A DNA stretch of 64,000 bases, from the IMG/VR virus record IMGVR_UViG_3300021963_007890, positions 1-64,000 of that record. One strand, 5' to 3'. Under the pieces are notes generated by a model. It had not been told where the DNA came from, did not search any database, and saw only the letters and a program-made list of their open reading frames with translations. A program made the position numbers and the translations under genes. This document shows positions 52,701 through 60,757 of this stretch, piece after piece. Each line of letters starts with the position of its first letter. Positions within the stretch are counted from its first letter, which is position 1. The DNA is from a virus.

Positions 52701-52925
52701 TTCGGAGCATTTACTACTCCTGGTGTTAACGTTCTTGATCTTTCAGTTGTACGTGATCTGGGAAATAGTATACTAGGTGGCGGTGCTACATTAGCTATGC
52801 CAGCTAGTGATAACAATAAATATCCAGATGGTCCTGATATTCTAACTTTGGCAGCTACTCAAACTGGTGGTGTTACAACTAATACTATTATTGCACGTAT
52901 TGGTTGGACAGAAGCACAGGCCTAA
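49785..52925 (+). CDS. Large virion structural protein
   Basis: MAKRII...LLLITNVT...IYNFSD; KMRVSTPQSLIDTDFEYG; shares core blocks with 27117..28475; AGGAG SD. Confidence 0.7.
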   Translation: MAKRIIQENYTFTPGSRTFVISNRFLRREQLLLITNVTTGVVIYNFSDTVLTLSSFSSTVVNNVETTTIQVTAPAASSMNANDKFAILIEETNETLQPAEVYIDPVQKMRVSTPQSLIDTDFEYGIQPTKWETLNLMNNRPSGFYDPTSPLPLTAIAGAGTRLVTVTMTNTNGVLTGNPIYIQDTTDPAANGYFIINSTSTTQFTYYASSTVTNASIFDATKTYIFHAIPYTGASIALAVGANNAFVRTALNEVTCFTKDNHGLSVGDAIFVTGTTAATSNPPNGSWFVRRTPDSNRFVFDTVLDPSGAISAQGGGTGLTLNTTVDAAGRIVGLVVNAAGSNYAVGDIVSISGGDGNGRAKVTAIIPVDSTTNGRSLIGAVNGIQVNRAGLTYTSASGVATTIQFSGGSLYVRPWGSAIHRPFDGGVYFTAGVPYHGNQLIRQTRRYFRYQSGKGIQFSTGSNMCSPFIVDSLTAVGSTITVTTKFPHNLFTGANIRVSNADQSTYNGVFNVTSVPSPLTFTYTASGTPAVSPATGLGITVQPNTWFGATIRLGMFDSQNGFYFEYDGQGLFACRRSSTSQLAGYISSLGTGEQAVTGINTRWSTQLSPGDFVVIRGMSYTVVSIESDLAMTIYPDYRGTAIVPPTQLIISRTDTLRIPQSSWNIDKMDGTGDSGFTLDINKMQMWYIDYTWYGAGSIRWGFRTQRGTVVYAHRLAHGNAQTEAYMRSGNLPARYEVSTIAPFTKLTATLTNLTTASMDVASTVGFPTTGTVVISAPGNTGAVIEYISYSGKTATQLQNLVRAVTTLTGPAGLTLGGGTSTTATFVVTATSFPSVSYFSPQCSNTISHWGSSVMMDGRFDDDKSLVFIAGMSTAYSNIGNGVTVPLLSIRVSPSVDSGLTGVIGARELINRMQLILRSTGIQTSGTNFFITGRLNARVAGGTATFFGAAGGSSLAQVNYHASNNSIFGGEVCFGAFTTPGVNVLDLSVVRDLGNSILGGGATLAMPASDNNKYPDGPDILTLAATQTGGVTTNTIIARIGWTEAQA

Positions 52926-52931
52926 AACAAA

Positions 52932-52954
52932 GTGGGGGATAAATTCCCCCACTA
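52932..52954. terminator. GC-rich stem-loop after the structural gene (terminator or stabiliser)
   Basis: AGTGGGGGA-TAAAT-TCCCCCACT; no U-tract on the + strand. Confidence 0.55.
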
Positions 52955-53028
52955 TCCTCAAAATATCATACACTTTACAACAAGTTCTTAAATACTTTAC
53001 TTCACGTAGGGTATAGTTTAATTTGGAC

Positions 53029-53718
53029 ATGATAGTTGAAAACTCAGTTTGGGATAGTCTAATAGATATTCAGCGTTACCTTGAAAATGCATTTTCAAGA
53101 TCTGGTCATGAAATAGAAGAGCCTGGAATGTCTCAGTTTAATCAGCCAGGATGGGTGAATAGAGTGTGGACAAGCGACATTTATCGAAGAGCTCATGTTG
53201 ATGTAGTTGATGCTAGACAGAAAAAAGGTCTATGGATGATGCATTGCTGTATATTTCCACATATTCACAATCCTGCTCCTATCTATGGGTTTGACGTTGT
53301 GGCAGGTAAAAATAAAATTACAGGCTGTTTCCATGACTTTTCATCGGCAGGAGATACCAATCATACTATGATAAAATGGTTTGCCGAACAGACAAAAGGA
53401 TTAGAGTGGAAAAAAGAAAGAGCATTACCTGAATGGGCACAAAATATTTTTAGCAATAATATGATAGCCGCAGGTAATGTACATAATGACATTGAACTTG
53501 AAACTATTGTTCAATTAACAAAAATTACACTAGATTATTATCTAAAACATGTAGGAAATAGTAATAATACACATGAAAATACTTCAAAATTTCAAAATTT
53601 TTACTGTTTTAATCAAAAGAGAAATCCACACACTTCTAAAGTAATGACCAGTCTAGGACTAGAGGAAGAGGACGTCCGTATTTTTATCCAAGATTGTTTG
53701 TTTCCTGAAATTCAATAA
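53029..53718 (+). CDS. Ferredoxin-dependent bilin reductase (PcyA/PcyX-like)
   Basis: YRRAHV, LWMMHCCIFP, PIYGFDVVAG, HDFS, RALPEWAQNIFS, QNFYCFNQKRNPHT; His and Asp at the positions expected for FDBR catalytic residues. Start 53023 (TTG) or 53029 (ATG). Confidence 0.85.
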   Translation: MIVENSVWDSLIDIQRYLENAFSRSGHEIEEPGMSQFNQPGWVNRVWTSDIYRRAHVDVVDARQKKGLWMMHCCIFPHIHNPAPIYGFDVVAGKNKITGCFHDFSSAGDTNHTMIKWFAEQTKGLEWKKERALPEWAQNIFSNNMIAAGNVHNDIELETIVQLTKITLDYYLKHVGNSNNTHENTSKFQNFYCFNQKRNPHTSKVMTSLGLEEEDVRIFIQDCLFPEIQ

Positions 53719-53728
53719 ATATTTCATC

Positions 53729-56647
53729 ATGCGTGCCAGTGAATTAGATCCTAAACAACAAGAATTTCAAGAAATGTTCGGTAAATTTCTTGAGGTAGCT
53801 ATAGATGTTCTAAAACTAGATAGTCTTCCTGAATTTCACTTTGAAGCGTTCTTAGATCATCCCGAACAACCTACCTTTGGAATGTATGTCAATGGTGAAA
53901 ATAAATTGTATGTAGGTCTTAGTGGACGCCATCCTAATGATATCTTTAGAACCATAGCACATGAACTAACTCACTACAAGCAAGACACTGAACACATGCT
54001 AGATGCACACAGTGGAGAAACAGGTAGTCCTATTGAAAATCAAGCACACGCTATGGCAGGCATCATCATGCGTCATTTTAATAAACGATATCCTGACTAT
54101 CTTCGCAGTAAGCCTGTGATGGAAGATTTTGATCTAACTGATGAAAGTCTCAAAGGTTTAGCCGCAGCGGGTCTAATAGGTCTAGGCATGTTAGGTGGAC
54201 CCAAAGATGTGGCCAGTGGTAATCTACCGCAGGACCTACAAAAGGCACAACAGCAACATCGTGTTCAAATGGCTAAGAAACCATTAGTTAAAACACAGAC
54301 ATCAAAACCAGCAGCGGCCAAACCTTTGCCCGCCAAAGCAACACCTTTATTAAAGGTAGCCAAGGCCAATGGTATTAAAGGAATAGAACTGGCACAGTTT
54401 CTAGCACAAATGGAACATGAAAGTCTTGACTTTAAGAAGATGAAGGAGTTAGGTAAATCTACCTACTTCAACAAATATGACCCTAAGCATAACCCAAAGT
54501 TAGCAACTAAATTAGGAAACAAATATAAAGGAGACGGCGCACATTTTAGAGGTCGTGGCTTTATACAATTAACAGGTAGAGAAAACTACACACAAGCCAG
54601 TCGTGATATATTCGGTGACGATCGTCTAGTGAAGAAACCTGACCTAGCAGCACAGCCAGATATAGCCGCACGTATCGCGGTTTGGTATTGGACTGATCGT
54701 GTGAAACCTTTGGTCAAAGATTTTTCAGATACTACTCGTGTTACCAAGATTATCAACGGTGGACTAAACGGTCTTGAAGATAGAGAAAATAATTTTAGAG
54801 ACTACATGGCCAGTCTTGGTCTAATGGAAAAGTGGTCAATGAAATATAAAAAGAGCATCAACTGTGCTAATCCCAAAGGATTCAGTCAGCGTGCTCATTG
54901 TCAAGGTCGTAAGAAAACAGAAGATGTAGAACAAGATCCAGGAGATCCTATACCTTTTCCAGCAGGCACTACTTCAGTAGATGTTAGTGATCCCTATGAT
55001 TGGTATAAACTAGGCATGGTAATCAGTGATCTAGATGATGCTAATCCTCAAGCATTTGGACGAGGAGGTCCTAGCACTGTGATTGCCTTTGGCAGTGAAG
55101 ATGAAGAACATAGACTATTACCTCATCTTAAACGACTTGGACTTAAATTACAAGACATAGATAAACCCAGTGACACTAGAAAAATTGTGCCCGCGAAGGC
55201 TGTTTTAGATAAACTGGAAGAAGATTTTAGACTAGATATTATCAAAAATAATCTTCAAGAACTAGGAACTACACAATATAAAGTAACAGAACCTAGAGAT
55301 ATGGTAAATGTTGATTTTAGAACCAAGCAAATCACCTACAAAGTTTTCAAGTTCAAAGTAGATAAGCAGGTATTTCTAATTGTGCTCACTGTAAAAGATC
55401 AGGCAATGCCAGGCGCTAAGAAAAAGGTTCCAACACTAAATGTGGCTTTTGGTAGGCAAGATAAAAACGGGTGGGATGTTGACGATATTGACACTAACCT
55501 AACTGGTGACAATCAAAATCAATTTCAAATCTATTCTACTGTGATCAAGGCCATACAAAAGTTTATTACTCAACTGAACCCTAATGTAGCACAAATTATA
55601 ATAAAAGGAGACAATGAGAGACAACAGGTGATGTATGATAGATTTTTTAACTCACGCTATTTAGAGAAATTCTTTCCAGGTTGGCAATTAAACCCAACAA
55701 CTAAAACTCTAATAAAAAATCAAAGTCAGAATCTGAAAGAACTTTTGGACCCTAAACTAGCCGTAGATCTTGAATGGGCAGAGGGTAGTGACTATATTGC
55801 GGCTAGAGGTTATGTCACAGTGACAGATCAATATGGCAACAAAGAAGATGAAGAATTAGAAGTAGAATTCGGGGAATTTCCACACAGAAATCGCAAAGAA
55901 TACGAAGTTCAATTTAAAGTAGGCGATAGTTATGATATAACAGGTGGTGGCAACGCTAATGTGATTTTTGCCACGGTTAGACAGGCTTGTAAAGATTTCG
56001 TGGAAATGTATAACCCAGATCGATTATTCTTCACAGCAAAAGAGCAGTCCAGAGCAAGAATGTATGACACCATAACTAAACGTGTGGCCAAGGAAGTAGG
56101 CTGGCACGTTATACCATTTGATGAAATACAAAAGGATCCATTGTATAGGAATAGGAGTGATAACGGGTTTGTGTTTGTCATACAAAAAGGTCAAGCACCT
56201 GAAAAATGGTCCAGTAGTCAAAAGCCACAACACGGTAGTTTTATGCCTATCTGGTTTGTGTATAATGTAGATAAAGATACACCTACTGTGGCAGTTAAGG
56301 TTAGGGCTCCAAATAGAGAGACTGCTGTTCAGCACGCTATGAAAATAGAACCCAGTTTTAAAGATTTGGATTTGATGCAGATACATGCCTTGAACAGCCT
56401 ACCCAAGCGTGAAGTCACTGCGGTAAAGGATGGCGGCACAGCAGAAGATCCTAGTAAGGTAGGAGAAAACTTTGCTGATGGTCGTAACCCACAGGACAAA
56501 GGCGATAGTGGTAGACACGGCATTAAAAAAGGTATTACAATAGCACAACTAAAAAAGATTAGATCCAGTGACTCAGCCAGTCCGAGAAAGAAACAACTGG
56601 CGCATTGGCAGATCAATATGAGACAGGGGCGTAGTAAAAAAGGATAA
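53729..56647 (+). CDS. Modular probable head polyprotein: HExxH peptidase-like domain, GH19 chitinase/lysozyme domain, duplicated alpha/beta domain and basic micro-modules
   Basis: RTIAHELTH; AQFLAQMEHES...GDGAHFRGRGFIQLTGRENY...TKIINGGLNGLEDR; modules bounded by hydrophobic-x-E. Confidence 0.8.
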   Translation: MRASELDPKQQEFQEMFGKFLEVAIDVLKLDSLPEFHFEAFLDHPEQPTFGMYVNGENKLYVGLSGRHPNDIFRTIAHELTHYKQDTEHMLDAHSGETGSPIENQAHAMAGIIMRHFNKRYPDYLRSKPVMEDFDLTDESLKGLAAAGLIGLGMLGGPKDVASGNLPQDLQKAQQQHRVQMAKKPLVKTQTSKPAAAKPLPAKATPLLKVAKANGIKGIELAQFLAQMEHESLDFKKMKELGKSTYFNKYDPKHNPKLATKLGNKYKGDGAHFRGRGFIQLTGRENYTQASRDIFGDDRLVKKPDLAAQPDIAARIAVWYWTDRVKPLVKDFSDTTRVTKIINGGLNGLEDRENNFRDYMASLGLMEKWSMKYKKSINCANPKGFSQRAHCQGRKKTEDVEQDPGDPIPFPAGTTSVDVSDPYDWYKLGMVISDLDDANPQAFGRGGPSTVIAFGSEDEEHRLLPHLKRLGLKLQDIDKPSDTRKIVPAKAVLDKLEEDFRLDIIKNNLQELGTTQYKVTEPRDMVNVDFRTKQITYKVFKFKVDKQVFLIVLTVKDQAMPGAKKKVPTLNVAFGRQDKNGWDVDDIDTNLTGDNQNQFQIYSTVIKAIQKFITQLNPNVAQIIIKGDNERQQVMYDRFFNSRYLEKFFPGWQLNPTTKTLIKNQSQNLKELLDPKLAVDLEWAEGSDYIAARGYVTVTDQYGNKEDEELEVEFGEFPHRNRKEYEVQFKVGDSYDITGGGNANVIFATVRQACKDFVEMYNPDRLFFTAKEQSRARMYDTITKRVAKEVGWHVIPFDEIQKDPLYRNRSDNGFVFVIQKGQAPEKWSSSQKPQHGSFMPIWFVYNVDKDTPTVAVKVRAPNRETAVQHAMKIEPSFKDLDLMQIHALNSLPKREVTAVKDGGTAEDPSKVGENFADGRNPQDKGDSGRHGIKKGITIAQLKKIRSSDSASPRKKQLAHWQINMRQGRSKKG

Positions 56648-56649
56648 CG

Positions 56650-56862
56650 ATGTTTCTAAATACAATCGCAGCAATTTTTATTATATACGCAATTTTAATT
56701 TTATTTTCAACCAAAGACGGAATTAGCAAACAAGTAAGACAAGCCCTAGGCCCCGAAGATTTAGAAAGACTTCAAACTGAACTAGACTATCGTGAATATT
56801 GGGCGGTATTATTACTCTTATTCGGTTTATTAATATTATTACCTAAATTAATAATGTGGTAA
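56650..56862 (+). CDS. Small two-TM membrane protein
   Basis: 70 aa, hydrophobic N- and C-termini; AAGGA SD. Confidence 0.6.
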   Translation: MFLNTIAAIFIIYAILILFSTKDGISKQVRQALGPEDLERLQTELDYREYWAVLLLLFGLLILLPKLIMW

Positions 56863-56885
56863 AAAAAAGGACCCTAAGGTCCTTT
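56861..56885 (-). terminator. Intrinsic terminator between convergent genes
   Basis: A-run + GGACC-CTAA-GGTCC-TTT. Confidence 0.75.
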
Positions 56886-56905
56886 AAATCTCTATGAGAT
56901 AGATT

Positions 56906-57190
56906 TTATTTCCTACCACCTGCTGCATTAACAAATTGATACATCTTTTCAGCAGTCTCTAGAACTTTATCAAGTCCTGGAAATTCAGGCATAGAAACTG
57001 TGCTGACAATTTGTCCAGTTTTTTCATCACGCTTGGCTGACAATTCCCAACCTTGGAATTTAGTATGAAATTCTGTTTGAACTAGGTCCTTGGCCATACC
57101 TAAGATTTCTGTGCGGATTTCATATCCGTTCTTATTAAATTTTACTTCAGGTAATTTTATTTCTGGTAAAATTGGTTGACTGTTTGACAT
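56906..57190 (-). CDS. Hypothetical protein
   Basis: 94 aa, AAGGAG SD; NKNGYEIRTEILGMAKD...VLETAEKMYQFVN. Confidence 0.75.
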   Translation of the reverse strand: MSNSQPILPEIKLPEVKFNKNGYEIRTEILGMAKDLVQTEFHTKFQGWELSAKRDEKTGQIVSTVSMPEFPGLDKVLETAEKMYQFVNAAGGRK

Positions 57191-57223
57191 ATTTTTCTCC
57201 TTTGTGTATGTGTATGTCTTATA

Positions 57224-57514
57224 TTAGGATTTTTGTGCTGCACGACTCTGCGAAGACCAGGCATCCCAACCTGCCTTGAACCAGTCAATACTAAAAGGAT
57301 TGACTAATTTTTCTACTTTGGTATGTAATATTTCTCTGCCACATGTTGAAATAATATTGCTTGTGGCTTCTACGGCACTGTGCAAAAATTTAGTTTGAGC
57401 ATCAATATAGATAATCATATCTGCTTTGATATCTTGATGACGTACATATTTTTCTACAAATTGCCTCTTAGCATTTTGCACGCTGTCGATGAACAGTAAA
57501 GGTTGATTAAACAT
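57224..57514 (-). CDS. Hypothetical amphipathic helical protein (phasin-like, tentative)
   Basis: 96 aa, GGGAG SD; FIDSVQNAKRQFV...YIDAQTKF helical pattern. Confidence 0.55.
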   Translation of the reverse strand: MFNQPLLFIDSVQNAKRQFVEKYVRHQDIKADMIIYIDAQTKFLHSAVEATSNIISTCGREILHTKVEKLVNPFSIDWFKAGWDAWSSQSRAAQKS

Positions 57515-57543
57515 AATTGTCTCCCTGTCTGTATTATAAAACG

Positions 57544-57699
57544 TTATTTATTAATGTCAATAGGTCTGGGAATAAAATTTATTCTTGTAAAATCCCATTC
57601 CTCACCAAGTACAGTCTTTCTTTCTAACATTTCATCAATTGCTACAATGCCTAATAAAAACACTAGAAATCCTAGTGCTGCGATTAATTCGAATTCCAT
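57544..57699 (-). CDS. 51-aa membrane peptide (start revised to MEFELIAALG)
   Basis: AGGAG SD and TAAATA upstream; one hydrophobic segment. Confidence 0.6.
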   Translation of the reverse strand: MEFELIAALGFLVFLLGIVAIDEMLERKTVLGEEWDFTRINFIPRPIDINK

Positions 57700-57707
57700 A
57701 AATTCTC

Positions 57708-57839
57708 CTAAGTATTTACTAACCAGTTTATAACATTTAGAAAACAGAATAATGGGCCTAACATTAGAAATATAATGATAGCCCACATCTTCTTATCGAA
57801 GTTTTTATAGTCCTTTTCACCTTCCATCCATTCTGTCAT
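57708..57839 (-). CDS. 43-aa membrane peptide (MTEWMEGEKDYKNFDKKMWAIIIFLMLGPLFCFLNVINWLVNT)
   Basis: Manual translation; starts 1 nt after the previous stop. Confidence 0.5.
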   Translation of the reverse strand: MTEWMEGEKDYKNFDKKMWAIIIFLMLGPLFCFLNVINWLVNT

Positions 57840-57840
57840 A

Positions 57841-57948
57841 TCAGCGGCCCATTAATTTTACCGCACTTTGCCATTTACCTCTACGTGTCAAATGGCTAGC
57901 TACTAGACCTGTACACCAAACTTCATATAATATTTTTATTAAATTCAT
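57841..57948 (-). CDS. 35-aa peptide (MNLIKILYEVWCTGLVASHLTRRGKWQSAVKLMGR)
   Basis: ATGA coupling, AGGAG SD in the upstream ORF. Confidence 0.6.
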   Translation of the reverse strand: MNLIKILYEVWCTGLVASHLTRRGKWQSAVKLMGR

Positions 57949-58058
57949 TGCCATGCTCCTGGGTTGCGAGTGCTTAGGTATCTACGGGCACGAGCCTGGC
58001 CGCTGCGCTCTAGGGCGAGAAAAATTTTATGAAATACAGCTAAGATATAACTTATCAT
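57945..58058 (-). CDS. 37-aa peptide (MISYILAVFHKIFLALERSGQARARRYLSTRNPGAWQ)
   Basis: AAGGA SD; starts 1 nt after the upstream stop. Confidence 0.6.
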   Translation of the reverse strand: MISYILAVFHKIFLALERSGQARARRYLSTRNPGAWQ

Positions 58059-58059
58059 A

Positions 58060-58232
58060 TTAAAAGTCCTTATGGGATTTGTATTCAAACTCTTTGATAT
58101 GATTATCAAGAGTCGCAGCATCGGTAATGCTTTTTGTGCTTAGGTATGTTTCTAAACGGCTTTGGTATCCATCTTTTGGAAACATCTCTGCCAGTCGCTC
58201 AAGGTATTGAGCATAATAGTTGATATAGACAT
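58060..58232 (-). pseudogene. Small gene with an apparent 1-nt frameshift (MSISTIMLN/LERLAEMFPKDGYQSRLETYLSTK...)
   Basis: The SD-led ATG at 58232 reads 26 codons then stops; the helical-looking body lies in another frame with no ATG near the SD. Confidence 0.4.
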
Positions 58233-58355
58233 TGCTTATATTTCTCCTATATGTATATGTGTATATGATTATATTTAGTATTATATTGTGCGACGCCGCA
58301 ATAACAAATGATTTTGAAAAGTTTTTTTCAAATAAATAGTTCATAGGAAACTTAG

Positions 58356-58604
58356 ATGAAAAAGACCACGAAAAGTTTAATGGAAGAGCTCAACAGCATT
58401 GCTGCCAAAAAAGACAATAATGCTGTGATAGAATCTAGAGCTACTCATGTTATTAACAGTGCTATAAACTTACTTTCTTCACTGAAAGAAAACTTTCCAA
58501 TTGAACAAGCGCAAGAGCTTGAAAGACGTTTTTTGAATAGTATAAAATCTTCTGATCCGGCTAAATTTACAAGAGGTATAAGAAAATACAGAGATAGTAA
58601 ATGA
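58356..58604 (+). CDS. Hypothetical late protein
   Basis: 82 aa; TAAATA and AGGA upstream. Confidence 0.75.
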   Translation: MKKTTKSLMEELNSIAAKKDNNAVIESRATHVINSAINLLSSLKENFPIEQAQELERRFLNSIKSSDPAKFTRGIRKYRDSK

Positions 58605-58689
58605 TCCTGTAAACCATAAATTTATTTTTTTATAATAAATAAAAACATATTAGTGTGCATTTACACTTATAGATTTAGGAGAAATTAAA

Positions 58690-59100
58690 ATGCCAAGTAT
58701 TGTTAAAAAGAATGAAGCTGTAGTTTTACCTGCATTTAAGAATGGTGTCAGTCTACAGTTTTTTAAAGTTACATTCCCAAGTGACGTTAGTGCTAAACTA
58801 ACAGCCGTTTCAACATCTGGTGTAAGAAGCCCTGTAGCACAAGCTATTGAGGCTATCCAGGCTCGTGTTAGTGTTGAAGTAATGGCTCCGTTACAGACAG
58901 GCGGTACTGTTCTTCCAATCGCTGTAGCAGCCATCGGTGGTGATTATCCTACAGATAATTATGATGGTACAGCAGGAACAGAATCAATGGCTGCTTATCT
59001 ACAGAGCGTTGTTCAGGCAGCAGGTACAGTAACTGGTGCATTACAGGGTGTAGCGAACACAGCTACAACTGTTACAGGTGGTTGGCCCACAATTGCCTAA
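58690..59100 (+). CDS. Probable abundant small virion protein
   Basis: Own TAAATA, strong AGGAG SD and own terminator; Ala/Thr/Val-rich. Confidence 0.6.
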   Translation: MPSIVKKNEAVVLPAFKNGVSLQFFKVTFPSDVSAKLTAVSTSGVRSPVAQAIEAIQARVSVEVMAPLQTGGTVLPIAVAAIGGDYPTDNYDGTAGTESMAAYLQSVVQAAGTVTGALQGVANTATTVTGGWPTIA

Positions 59101-59117
59101 TTAGTTATTAGGAAATC

Positions 59118-59143
59118 AAAAGCGGCTTCGGCCGCTTTTTTTT
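59118..59143 (+). terminator. Intrinsic terminator with UUCG tetraloop
   Basis: AAAAGCGGC-TTCG-GCCGCTTTTTTTT. Confidence 0.92.
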
Positions 59144-59173
59144 GCTATAAATATCTTTAAATAGGTAGTTAAT

Positions 59174-59599
59174 ATGAAGATAATTGAAATCCAAACTCTA
59201 ATTGACATCACAAATACTAAAGTTAATAGACCAAGAAAAGATTTTTTAAAGGAATATGATCAATTTAAAAATTTTGTCACTTTGAAACAATGTTTAGAAC
59301 TTCGTTCAATTATAAATTATCAAACTGATCCAGTAGTAGAAACTAAAGATGTTAAAAATTTAGATTTTGGTTCTAAATTTAAAGGAAAACATAATGTATG
59401 GACATTTAGATTTAGTCCTGATAGATCGGGTGTATACTCCGATGGTATTTCCGAAATTGGATTATTAGTGGAAGATATTCATGAAGTACCATTCATTCAA
59501 AATCTTACAGAAACGATAAATATTGCTAGGCCGGTCTTTGATTTAAAAGATACCGAGTCTAAAAATACAATCATCAAGGCATACGAAGGCTCAATTTAG
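59174..59599 (+). CDS. Hypothetical late protein
   Basis: 141 aa; TATAAATA upstream; TLIDITNT...FGSKFKGKHNVWTFRF. Confidence 0.7.
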   Translation: MKIIEIQTLIDITNTKVNRPRKDFLKEYDQFKNFVTLKQCLELRSIINYQTDPVVETKDVKNLDFGSKFKGKHNVWTFRFSPDRSGVYSDGISEIGLLVEDIHEVPFIQNLTETINIARPVFDLKDTESKNTIIKAYEGSI

Positions 59600-59644
59600 G
59601 CACATAAATTCTTGTTTGACAATTTATTAGGAGATCTTCGGAGT

Positions 59645-59872
59645 ATGGCCAGCGATATAGAAAAAGCCAATCTAGAGGCACATGTTGAATTATGTGCAGA
59701 AAGATATAAATCATTAGAATCTAGATTAGATGCTATAGAATTAAAGGTAGGCGACCTATCAAAAACTATAAAAGATAGTCATCTCAGTACCATTAAGGTT
59801 TTAATTGGCACGGCAGGAACAGTTGTAGCTAGTGTGTTAGGTTTAGTTGTAGTGATGATTCAAAAATTATGA
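59645..59872 (+). CDS. Coiled-coil protein with C-terminal TM helix (start revised to MASDIEK)
   Basis: GGAG SD; LEAHVELCAERYKSLESRLDAIE heptads; hydrophobic C-terminus. Confidence 0.7.
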   Translation: MASDIEKANLEAHVELCAERYKSLESRLDAIELKVGDLSKTIKDSHLSTIKVLIGTAGTVVASVLGLVVVMIQKL

Positions 59873-60267
59873 GAATTTTTGAACTTTTGGAACAAACCAT
59901 AGGAACAACTGGATCATCTACAGGCCAGATGAGCACTGTTCAACCTGTTAGTAATAAACCAAGTGATCAGCCAGCCACTGCTACAAGTCCAAAAGACAAA
60001 TCTCCAACAATAGATCCTAAACAACAGCAGCAACTTGATAATTTATTAAAACAAAATCAAATTAATGTTAAAAGCTCAGATGATTTTCTTAGAGCGTTTG
60101 ATGCCATCCAACAAAAAACAGATATCAATAAGCTGCCTCCAGAACAACAAAAGGCTATAAGTGATTATACAAAAGCAACTATTACTAAGCCAGGATTACC
60201 TACTCAGATGAACATGTTGATGAAATCAGCTATTACTTCTAAACCCGCAGTAAATCCTAAAGTATAA
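59869..60267 (+). CDS. Hypothetical probable head protein
   Basis: MRIFELLE start; ATGA coupling. Confidence 0.65.
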   Translation: MRIFELLEQTIGTTGSSTGQMSTVQPVSNKPSDQPATATSPKDKSPTIDPKQQQQLDNLLKQNQINVKSSDDFLRAFDAIQQKTDINKLPPEQQKAISDYTKATITKPGLPTQMNMLMKSAITSKPAVNPKV

Positions 60268-60268
60268 T

Positions 60269-60730
60269 ATGGTTATATCTGATTCGCTGTTACAAAAATT
60301 ATTTTTGCTGAATAATGAGGTACAGAAATCCTTAAAAAAGAAAGGATTTAATTCGGCAAAAAAGTTAGAAGATGGCTCTATACAGGTAGGGAAATTTACT
60401 ATTAAGAAATGTAATAATGGGTTTTTTTCTGTGCTAGATCAAAATCATTATATAATACTTGATAAGATTAATTTACCTCATACAGCAGCAATTCTTGCGA
60501 ATAAACTAGCATGTGGAAAATGGACTGATAGAGAAATTTTAGATCTAGATAGAAAATATGGACACTATAGTTTTGTAGAAGAACTTTACACAGAACAAAT
60601 GAAAAAATCTAAAAAAGACTATGACAAACTGGACATCCTTAGTGAAAAACAAAAAATAGCTAGAATTAAAAAAGCCATGTATAAAAAACAGATCCAAATT
60701 GGATTTGATAAACTTTTAAAAATAGCATAA
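60269..60730 (+). CDS. Hypothetical protein
   Basis: 153 aa, in operon. Confidence 0.65.
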   Translation: MVISDSLLQKLFLLNNEVQKSLKKKGFNSAKKLEDGSIQVGKFTIKKCNNGFFSVLDQNHYIILDKINLPHTAAILANKLACGKWTDREILDLDRKYGHYSFVEELYTEQMKKSKKDYDKLDILSEKQKIARIKKAMYKKQIQIGFDKLLKIA

Positions 60731-60757
60731 ATAAAACTATAAAATTTGGATGTTTCT

